This document shows, in pieces, positions 1 to 6,328 of a DNA stretch of 47,760 nucleotides. Under the pieces are notes generated by a model. That model was given only the letters and a program-made list of their open reading frames with translations. It ran no database searches and had not been told where the DNA came from. The stretch spans positions 1 through 47,760 of the forward strand of contig CAYRSH010000004.1 in assembly GCA_964426895.1 (NCBI GenBank). Direction: 5' to 3'. How positions within the stretch are numbered: position 1 is the first letter of the stretch; each line of letters starts with the position of its first letter. A program made the translations under genes and the position numbers. This stretch comes from an uncultured bacterium. GTDB taxonomy: Bacteria; Hydrothermota; Hydrothermia; LBFQ01.

Positions 1-143
1 GCATAACCTTTAAGAATTCCGCGCAGATTTCCCTTCCCAAGAACCTCCTATTAAGTGAAGAAACCAAAACCCCCATACATTGGAATCTATCGTCAATTTT
101 AAAGTATGCCCTTATACCGTCCTCACCGCATATAAAACAACGA

Positions 144-1004
144 TTATGGCCTCGTATTTTCAAGGATTCTTTCTAACCTTTTTGATATGTGTTCCTTAAT
201 CATTTCCGCCACGAGCATATTTTTATACCCATCCTCTGCGGATACCACCACGGGTTTATCGTGGAGTACGGCCTCTATAAAGGATTTGAGTTCAAGGGTT
301 ATGGCATCTAAGGAAGTATCAACGGGGGGAAAATAGGGTAGGATTTCGCCGTCAAACCTCTTAACCATTTCGGTTTTCTTTTGGTATAGGTCTATGGAAA
401 GGTAATTTTCTTTGGTGAAAACCCTAAACTTCCTCATCTTTTCAAGGGATATCCTACTTGCCGTTAGATTAGCCAGCGCACCGGATGGAAATTCAAGCCT
501 CACATTTGCTATATCAATATCCCCCGTTAGAACCGGAACGCCTATTGCACTGATATTTTCGGGCATTTCGGATATAAGGGATAGGGTTAGGTCTATATCG
601 TGTATCATAAGGTCAAGGATAACATCAACATCCGTTCCCCTCGGGTTATAGATGCTCATGCGGACGCTTTCTATAAAAAAAGGCTTATCCTTTATTAAAT
701 CCTTTGCGGAAAGAAAAGCGGGATTAAACCTCTCAACATGTCCAACCTGTACCTTAATCCCCTTCTCTTTACTCAAATTTAATATTTCCTCTGCGGTTTT
801 TATGCTGTCAGTTAAAGGTTTTTCCACAAAAACGGGTTTTCCCTTTTCTATGCAAAATTTAACTATTTCGTAATGGGTAGTCGTGGGGGATGCACATATA
901 ATTACATCGGATTTTTCAACTATCTCTTCCAAAGAACCCGTGGGTTTTGCCCCGTATTCCCTTTCAGCCCTTGACATCTTTTCCGGATTTATGTCGTATA
1001 CCAA
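144..1004 (-). CDS. Gfo/Idh/MocA family NAD(P)-dependent oxidoreductase (start uncertain, probably extends to about 1085)
   Basis: GKPVFVEKPLT motif and a C-terminal alpha/beta domain are typical of the family. The first canonical start is TTG at 1004. The frame stays open upstream and encodes the expected Rossmann GxGxxG (KVEGGGCVGSIH, nt 1079-1044) with no ATG/GTG/TTG. Confidence 0.8.
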   Translation of the reverse strand: MVYDINPEKMSRAEREYGAKPTGSLEEIVEKSDVIICASPTTTHYEIVKFCIEKGKPVFVEKPLTDSIKTAEEILNLSKEKGIKVQVGHVERFNPAFLSAKDLIKDKPFFIESVRMSIYNPRGTDVDVILDLMIHDIDLTLSLISEMPENISAIGVPVLTGDIDIANVRLEFPSGALANLTASRISLEKMRKFRVFTKENYLSIDLYQKKTEMVKRFDGEILPYFPPVDTSLDAITLELKSFIEAVLHDKPVVVSAEDGYKNMLVAEMIKEHISKRLERILENTRP

Positions 1005-1094
1005 TACCCCATCAACCTCCGGAAAATTTACGAGTTTTGATACATGTATGGAACCGACACAACCCCCACCCTCAACCTTCCAAATTGGGACAAA

Positions 1095-1169
1095 CGGGGA
1101 CGACGGGATTTGAACCCGCGACCTCCGGCGTGACAGGCCGGCGTTCTAACCGGGCTGAACTACGTCCCC
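1095..1169 (-). tRNA. tRNA-Asp (anticodon GTC)
   Basis: The reverse complement folds as a cloverleaf: acceptor GGGGACG/CGTCCCC, D arm GTTC-AGCCCGGTTA-GAAC, anticodon stem CCGGC/GCCGG with loop CTGTCAC, T arm GCGGG-TTCAAAT-CCCGT, discriminator G. It is 75 nt and CCA is not encoded. Confidence 0.9.
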
Positions 1170-1181
1170 GTTGAGGTGGAT

Positions 1182-1187
1182 ATTATA
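1182..1187 (-). promoter_or_regulatory. -10 box TATAAT upstream of tRNA-Asp
   Basis: CCCCTTATAATATCC on the minus strand, 12 nt before the tRNA 5' end. It has the same CCYTTATAATATC flavour as three other promoters in the window. Confidence 0.4.
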
Positions 1188-1213
1188 AGGGGGAAAGGTT
1201 TGTTTGGTGGGTA

Positions 1214-1615
1214 TCAAAAGCCAACCACCGTATCGTATGTGTTTGAAGGGTTATCCCTTATATAAACCCTCCTCGCACCTACGAGGTTTTTTCTGATGTA
1301 TTTCAAACTCTCAACTATTACCCCCCTTTTTGATGCGGAATGTATTACCTCATCGTTCCCCGCATATATCCCCACATGATCTACATATCCGTGTTCAAAC
1401 TTGAAGAGCAATATATCCCCGGGGATTATGCTATCCAATGGAACGGGTTCTCCAAAACTTACATAATCCCTTGCCCTCCTCGGCGCATCTATCCCAAAGT
1501 GTTCAAACACCTTTCTCACAAATCCACTGCAATCCATTCCCGTCGTGTCATTACCCCCATATCTGTAAGGCACACCCAAATATTGAAATGCTACGGCTAA
1601 AATCCCCGCACCCAT
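1214..1615 (-). CDS. NlpC/P60 (C40) family cell-wall peptidase
   Basis: Catalytic Cys motif MDCSGFV and downstream His (DHVGIYAG), then VIHSAS. Size is typical of a single-domain C40 peptidase. Confidence 0.9.
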   Translation of the reverse strand: MGAGILAVAFQYLGVPYRYGGNDTTGMDCSGFVRKVFEHFGIDAPRRARDYVSFGEPVPLDSIIPGDILLFKFEHGYVDHVGIYAGNDEVIHSASKRGVIVESLKYIRKNLVGARRVYIRDNPSNTYDTVVGF

Positions 1616-1622
1616 TAAGGGT

Positions 1623-1628
1623 ATTTTA
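1623..1628 (-). promoter_or_regulatory. -10 box TAAAAT, 7 nt before ATG 1615
   Basis: Minus strand reads TTAAAATACCCTTAATG. Confidence 0.45.
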
Positions 1629-1635
1629 AGGGCGA

Positions 1636-2907
1636 TTACCTCACAACAACCTTAAAGGTCTTCCCTCCCTTAACCCTTACGAAGTATATACCCCTATTCC
1701 TAAACTCGTATTTCCCGGAATTCAATGTGTATATCCTCTTACCATCCGCGGAATAAATCTCAACCGTATATCCGTCGGATACATAAACCGCATTTTGGGT
1801 GATTATCACCTTATCCTTGCTCAACCTCTCCTTAACCGCTATCGGGTCATCCCAGTTGGCCGTGCAGTCATAAACCCATAAATTCACCAACTGGCTATCA
1901 ACGAGTATTGCATCCCTGTAATAGTCTATGTGGAATGTGTGTAAGCCCGGTGGGGCGGCGAGGGGAACATTGAAGGTTATCGTGAAACTAAATGTATCCT
2001 CGGGTGGCGAAAGGGTTATACCAGCATAATAGGGTGGTGTGAAACTAACCCAAGAGGTATATACGGGTTCCCTTACAACAGGCCTTAAAGTGTCTATGGT
2101 TAAAGCAGTTGAATTCACAATGGAATCTATTTGCCTTGCTATACCGCTACCCCTTATGGTTGCTATGCCATTCGCAAGGGTATCGGACATCCAATACTGC
2201 CACCAAGGGAGGTAGTATGTATAAGTTGCGCTAACCATTATTACGGGTTTTATTCCGTTTGTTCTCAAATCCCTCAAAAGGGGATACCAGTAAATGTCAT
2301 CCGAAGTTCCAGCCATTGCATCCCTTCCGGGGTCGGTTCCGGTATAAGCGGAATAAGGCCTTGAAGGGTCGTTTATATCGCAACCATGTGGTATATCGTC
2401 AAGCCAAAACACCACGAACCTCGCGCAGGATATTCTCCAACCGATTCCCGGGTCGTTCAACATTTCCCATAAAAGCCTCGCATAATCCTCGGGAGCATCA
2501 TATCCATATCTAATATAGAGGGAGGATATTGCAGACCTAACGAGTGCAGTATCATAAGTTAAGGGTCGGTTCAGTTGGTAAGCATAATCTCCGGAAGAAC
2601 CGTATGTATCCGAATATCCGCACCAACTATAATATGCCGGGTAGTCCGAATGCGATGCCACGCCAAACCTAACATCCGGTATTGATGACTTAAGGCTGTC
2701 CATTATCGCGTTTGCGTTCGCCTGTGCATACGAAAGTTCCCCCCCCATTGAACCCGTTAGGTCAAAGGCAAACATTATGTCCGCACAAGCGTAAGATGAT
2801 GGTATCCCAACCAATGCGGAGTGGACGGCCGTTCCGGGACATGTATCCCCCTTAAAAATCGTATCGTTTATAACAGGTGCAACTACCCAAGATATTACCC
2901 AGAGCAT
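1636..2907 (-). CDS. Secreted vWA-like protein with T9SS-type C-terminal sorting domain
   Basis: MIDAS-like start IMFAFDLTGSMGG. The last ~60 aa (VEIYSADGKRIYTL...GIYFVRVKGGKTFKVVVR) fit the Por/T9SS CTD pattern. The N-terminus MLWVISWVVAPV is hydrophobic. Confidence 0.75.
   Translation of the reverse strand: MLWVISWVVAPVINDTIFKGDTCPGTAVHSALVGIPSSYACADIMFAFDLTGSMGGELSYAQANANAIMDSLKSSIPDVRFGVASHSDYPAYYSWCGYSDTYGSSGDYAYQLNRPLTYDTALVRSAISSLYIRYGYDAPEDYARLLWEMLNDPGIGWRISCARFVVFWLDDIPHGCDINDPSRPYSAYTGTDPGRDAMAGTSDDIYWYPLLRDLRTNGIKPVIMVSATYTYYLPWWQYWMSDTLANGIATIRGSGIARQIDSIVNSTALTIDTLRPVVREPVYTSWVSFTPPYYAGITLSPPEDTFSFTITFNVPLAAPPGLHTFHIDYYRDAILVDSQLVNLWVYDCTANWDDPIAVKERLSKDKVIITQNAVYVSDGYTVEIYSADGKRIYTLNSGKYEFRNRGIYFVRVKGGKTFKVVVR
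2739..2746 (-). repeat. Homopolymer G8 (C8 on + strand) inside the vWA MIDAS coding region
   Basis: The coding strand reads TCA ATG GGG GGG GAA, encoding S-M-G-G-E of DLTGSMGGEL. Confidence 0.9.
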
Positions 2908-2915
2908 AGTTTAGA

Positions 2916-2945
2916 ATTATATGGCGGTATAATGTGTAAGGTCAA
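2916..2945 (-). promoter_or_regulatory. Consensus sigma70-type promoter for the vWA gene (TTGACC-18-TATAAT, 8 nt, ATG 2907)
   Basis: -35 at 2945-2940 and -10 at 2921-2916 on the minus strand. Confidence 0.6.
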
Positions 2946-2965
2946 GTCGCAAAAATACGGAAAAT

Positions 2966-2995
2966 TTGATTTAAAAGTTTTTATTTGTTGATTTA
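2966..2995. repeat. Direct repeat TTGATTTA x2 (2966-2973, 2988-2995) between the divergent promoters
   Basis: Two identical 8-mers spaced 22 nt apart, about two helical turns, between the two -35 boxes. Confidence 0.5.
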
Positions 2996-3019
2996 TGCTC
3001 CACACCAAACCAATCCCAC

Positions 3020-3047
3020 TTGACAAAAAATTTCTCCCCCTTATAAT
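3020..3047 (+). promoter_or_regulatory. Consensus promoter for the LTD operon (TTGACA-16-TATAAT, 8 nt, GTG 3056)
   Basis: -35 at 3020-3025 and -10 at 3042-3047. Confidence 0.6.
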
Positions 3048-3055
3048 ATCAACTG

Positions 3056-3472
3056 GTGGTATTAACCTTTTCTTTGGTAATCAACGAAGTGGGGGTAGTG
3101 GGTTCGGATTCGGGTTGGGTGGAGGTTTATAATTCGGGTTCAACACCCGTAAATTTAAGCGATTTTACTTTGATAACGAAAAACAGGAGTTTAAACCTTT
3201 TTGGCGTTATTAATCCCGGCGAATATAAGGTTTTCTATATTGGTTTGAGCATAAACTCCGATAGCGTTGTTCTTAAAAACGGTTCAAACACCCTTGATTC
3301 CTATGCTTGGATTAGCCTTCCGTCTCAGGGAAGTATGGGTAGGTATCCCGACGGTCGTGGGGATTTCAGAATGTTCTTGGTCGCAACTCCGGGCAGAAAA
3401 AACGAGATTCCATCCTCTCTGGACGAACACTCGTGGGGTAGAATAAAGGCTTTGTTCGGTCCTAAAAGGTAA
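3056..3472 (+). CDS. Lamin tail domain (LTD) protein
   Basis: VINEV..GWVEVYNSGSTPVNLSDFTL...SVVLKNGSNTLDSYAW fits the LTD consensus. No signal peptide is visible. Confidence 0.75.
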   Translation: MVLTFSLVINEVGVVGSDSGWVEVYNSGSTPVNLSDFTLITKNRSLNLFGVINPGEYKVFYIGLSINSDSVVLKNGSNTLDSYAWISLPSQGSMGRYPDGRGDFRMFLVATPGRKNEIPSSLDEHSWGRIKALFGPKR

Positions 3473-4498
3473 TTGGCAGTCCCCTTTTGTAGATACTTCG
3501 GAGAATGCCCGAGGTGTTTTTATCAGGATGTTGATTATAAAAGTAGTGTTCGCATAAAGGTTGCGGAGATTAGGGAAATTTTCGGAATAGACCCGAAGAT
3601 AGTTGAATCCCCAAAGGAAAGGTTTTACAAGTTTAGGGCGGTTTTAAATGTAAAGAGGATAAAACCCGATAAGGTGATATTGGGTTATTCTTTGGAATCC
3701 GGTATAATTCTCGGTATAAACGCATGCCCCATATTGAGGCCCAAGATAAACGATGTTATAGGTTTTTTGCAAAAACAACTCTCAAACGAGAAAATAAGCA
3801 CATGGGACCCGGAGATGGGAAAGGGTAAATTAATGGGAATAACATTCCTAACCAACGACGATGAGGTTGTTATAACCCTAAACCTTAGGCGAAAGGTTTT
3901 TTTGAAAAAACTAACTTATGACATAATATACTCCGGAAAGGGCATAGGCGGGATTTGGTGGGTTGTAAAGGGGAAAATGGATTACATAAACGGGGGAAGG
4001 GGTAAGATGTTTTTACCCTTTGAGGTTGAAGGCACTAAGTTAAAACTCTCCCCCTTTGGGATATATCCAGATAACCTTTACATTTTACCCAAGGTTTGGG
4101 AGGTTTTTGATGGGTTTAAAAACGCTTTGGCCTTGGGGACTGGTTATTTATTCCCATTAAATTCAATTACTACTTATGTTGAGGAAAATCCGCTAATCCT
4201 TAGGGAAATGGAGGAGAACAAAATCATTCACTACTCGCCTTCTAAAATTGAAAATTTGGGTTTTAAGTCCTTTTCGTTTTTCCATGCCGAAAGGTACGAA
4301 TGGGTTGTTATAAATTCCGATAGATTTTTCGGAAATATACCGGAGGTATGGGGTAATAGTTTTGTATTCTTCGGGAAAAAACCGAAAAGGGTGTATGAAC
4401 TCGTAAAAATGAACAGGTTAAAGGTTAAGGAAATCTTTGTATTTGATACCGAACCCTATACAAAGGAATTCCTGATGGCGGTTATCTCAGGGAGGTAA
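3473..4498 (+). CDS. RumA/TrmA-like protein with Fe-S cluster cysteines but degenerate methyltransferase motifs
   Basis: - CRYFGECPRC plus NACPIL reproduce the four-Cys cluster pattern of RlmD/RumA.
- The C-terminus FDTEPYTKEF resembles DMFPHTxHxE.
- The SAM motif is only ALGTGYLFPL.
- DPxR is replaced by NSDR.
- The catalytic SCNP is replaced by GKKP.
- The TTG start directly follows the TAA stop of the LTD ORF, in the same frame. Confidence 0.65.
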   Translation: MAVPFCRYFGECPRCFYQDVDYKSSVRIKVAEIREIFGIDPKIVESPKERFYKFRAVLNVKRIKPDKVILGYSLESGIILGINACPILRPKINDVIGFLQKQLSNEKISTWDPEMGKGKLMGITFLTNDDEVVITLNLRRKVFLKKLTYDIIYSGKGIGGIWWVVKGKMDYINGGRGKMFLPFEVEGTKLKLSPFGIYPDNLYILPKVWEVFDGFKNALALGTGYLFPLNSITTYVEENPLILREMEENKIIHYSPSKIENLGFKSFSFFHAERYEWVVINSDRFFGNIPEVWGNSFVFFGKKPKRVYELVKMNRLKVKEIFVFDTEPYTKEFLMAVISGR

Positions 4499-5648
4499 AA
4501 AACCACATTTCCCAATTTAGGGTATTTCCTTTGTTGTTTAGCAGAAAACCGAAGTTTTTATACCTAAAACCCAAAAAAGCCGCATACCCTTCGGATGAAA
4601 TGAATGTCCGGGATGAATACGCGTCTTCATAAAACTGAATGCCGCTTTTTGTAAAGGAATAAACCTTAAACCAGAAAAGGCTGTATTTAACGCCGACATA
4701 TACACAACCCAAACACGCCCCGGCTAAGAAGTTTCTCAAATTTAAATTAACCCTCGGAACCTGAAAGTATTCAAACCTCACGCTTTCCCCATCCTTTCCA
4801 AAACTTAGGGAAAACCTTTCGCCATTTGACGATATATAAATCCTCATATTAATCCCCCAAAAGTGCCACTTGTACCAAAGCGAATAATAGTTACTCTGAC
4901 TCCCTTCGCTCCAAAAGGATTTTCCGTTAAATAACTTAACCATAAACCCACCATCCCTTGAATAACCCTTAACACCGAATCCAAATGAGCCCTTTGATAA
5001 GGCCCCCTCAAAGGAAAACGGTCCAACCTTAATAAACGATATTCCCCCGATTACCAAATCCTTGGATACCAATATCCCCCCCTGTTCCGATAAATATCCC
5101 CCTATTATGCCGTTTTTTCCAATTTTCACAACCGTTTTCCCTATCCCCATTCCAAATGAAGGTTGGGAATAATAAACAAACGATATTCCACCCTCGTTTG
5201 AATAGTACCCGCTATATCCGGCAAAACCTAATGGAGATACTACCTTTGAGTTCCCAAGAAAAACCTTAAAAAAACCCTCTTTAAGGATAAAAAAGGATGT
5301 ATCCTTGCCGATGTAGAAATTATATACCCAATCTTCATCCCTCCCCCCAGATGATAAAACATATCCTTTATTCCCGCCCTTTATAAACACTTTGTAAAAC
5401 CTCTCCTTTCCAAAAACCAAAAAGTTTTTCAAATACTCCACCTCGTAATCCTTAAAACCGGTTTTCCTCAAAAATTCCCCCCAATCTTTGTAAGGTCTCC
5501 TTATGAGGATAATATCTATTTGATCGGGGGTTAGAAAGGGTAGGGCTTCAAGTTCATACCTATAACAGGAGTTTATGTTTATGGTTTGGTATGTGTAGGT
5601 TTGAAAATATACGATTTGTGAAGTGTCGGGGATAAAGGGGAACATCAT
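4482..5648 (-). CDS. Hypothetical beta-rich (OMP-like) protein with N-terminal ComEA-like helix-hairpin-helix segment
   Basis: YELEALPFLTPDQIDIILIRRPYKDWGEFL resembles a ComEA HhH. The rest is G/S/F/Y-rich with alternating strands. The start is moved to ATG 5648, which forms an ATGA overlap with the yggS stop; the track ORF runs to 5720. Confidence 0.6.
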   Translation of the reverse strand: MMFPFIPDTSQIVYFQTYTYQTININSCYRYELEALPFLTPDQIDIILIRRPYKDWGEFLRKTGFKDYEVEYLKNFLVFGKERFYKVFIKGGNKGYVLSSGGRDEDWVYNFYIGKDTSFFILKEGFFKVFLGNSKVVSPLGFAGYSGYYSNEGGISFVYYSQPSFGMGIGKTVVKIGKNGIIGGYLSEQGGILVSKDLVIGGISFIKVGPFSFEGALSKGSFGFGVKGYSRDGGFMVKLFNGKSFWSEGSQSNYYSLWYKWHFWGINMRIYISSNGERFSLSFGKDGESVRFEYFQVPRVNLNLRNFLAGACLGCVYVGVKYSLFWFKVYSFTKSGIQFYEDAYSSRTFISSEGYAAFLGFRYKNFGFLLNNKGNTLNWEMWFFTSLR

Positions 5649-6286
5649 TTCTCCCTCTCCCCAAAAATCCCCCTTCCTATCCTCAAAACATTCGCCCCTT
5701 CCATTAGTGCATACTTCCAATCTTCCGTCATTCCTGCGGATATATACCTTAAATTATTCCTCTCCGCTATCTCCCTTAAAAGGGCAAAGGCCTTTCTACT
5801 TTTATACTCATCCGGCGGATATGGGCCTATGGTCATAACCCCGAGGAGTTCAAGATTCCTGATTTCTTTAATCCTGTTTATAATTCCATCGGCTTCTTCG
5901 GGTTTTACACCAAACTTCTGGGGTTCCCCACTTGTATTAACCTCAACAAAAACCTTAACCATTTTGTCCGTCCTCTTTGATATTGCTTCCGCAAGTTCAA
6001 CACTATCAAGGGAGTGCAAAACCTCAAATAACCTCAAAAACTTATTCACCTTGTTTTTCTGTAAATGCCCAACCATATGCCAGGTTATATCCGGTTTTCC
6101 GACAAAGGGTATTTTTTTCTCAGCCTCTTGAACCCTATTTTCACCAAAATCCCTACAACCCTCTTCATAAACCTTTAAAATCTTTTCAACCGGAACGCCT
6201 TTGCTAACCGCAACTATTTTTATCTCATCTTTGCGGCCAATCTTTTCCTTAAACTCCTCTACCTCTTCAAGGAATTCTTTGTACAT
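5645..6286 (-). CDS. yggS: YggS family pyridoxal-phosphate homeostasis protein
   Basis: VAVSK (PLP lysine), GENRVQE, WHMVGHLQKNK, HSLDS, SAGMTEDW, LRIGRGIFG. Confidence 0.9.
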   Translation of the reverse strand: MYKEFLEEVEEFKEKIGRKDEIKIVAVSKGVPVEKILKVYEEGCRDFGENRVQEAEKKIPFVGKPDITWHMVGHLQKNKVNKFLRLFEVLHSLDSVELAEAISKRTDKMVKVFVEVNTSGEPQKFGVKPEEADGIINRIKEIRNLELLGVMTIGPYPPDEYKSRKAFALLREIAERNNLRYISAGMTEDWKYALMEGANVLRIGRGIFGEREK

Positions 6287-6292
6287 CTGGAA

Positions 6293-6298
6293 ATTCTA
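6293..6298 (-). promoter_or_regulatory. -10 box TAGAAT, 6 nt before ATG 6286
   Basis: Minus strand reads CCGTAGAATTTCCAGATG. Confidence 0.4.
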
Positions 6299-6316
6299 CG
6301 GTTGCACTTTCAACAT

Positions 6317-6322
6317 TAAAAT
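6317..6322 (+). promoter_or_regulatory. -10 box TAAAAT, 6 nt before TTG 6329
   Basis: ATTAAAATTCCCGCTTG. The same string class occurs at 40262. Confidence 0.4.
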
Positions 6323-6328
6323 TCCCGC

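Noticed and set aside
1-143. Possible start of a further minus-strand gene: AGGAGG at 49-44 and TTG at 40-38.
   Set aside because: Too little sequence remains in the window, the SD-start spacing is only 3 nt, and nothing in the translation is recognisable.
1095-1213. tRNA-Asp as a possible integration hotspot or genomic-island boundary.
   Set aside because: No integrase, no direct repeat of the tRNA 3' end, and no compositional break next to it. The neighbours are ordinary genes.
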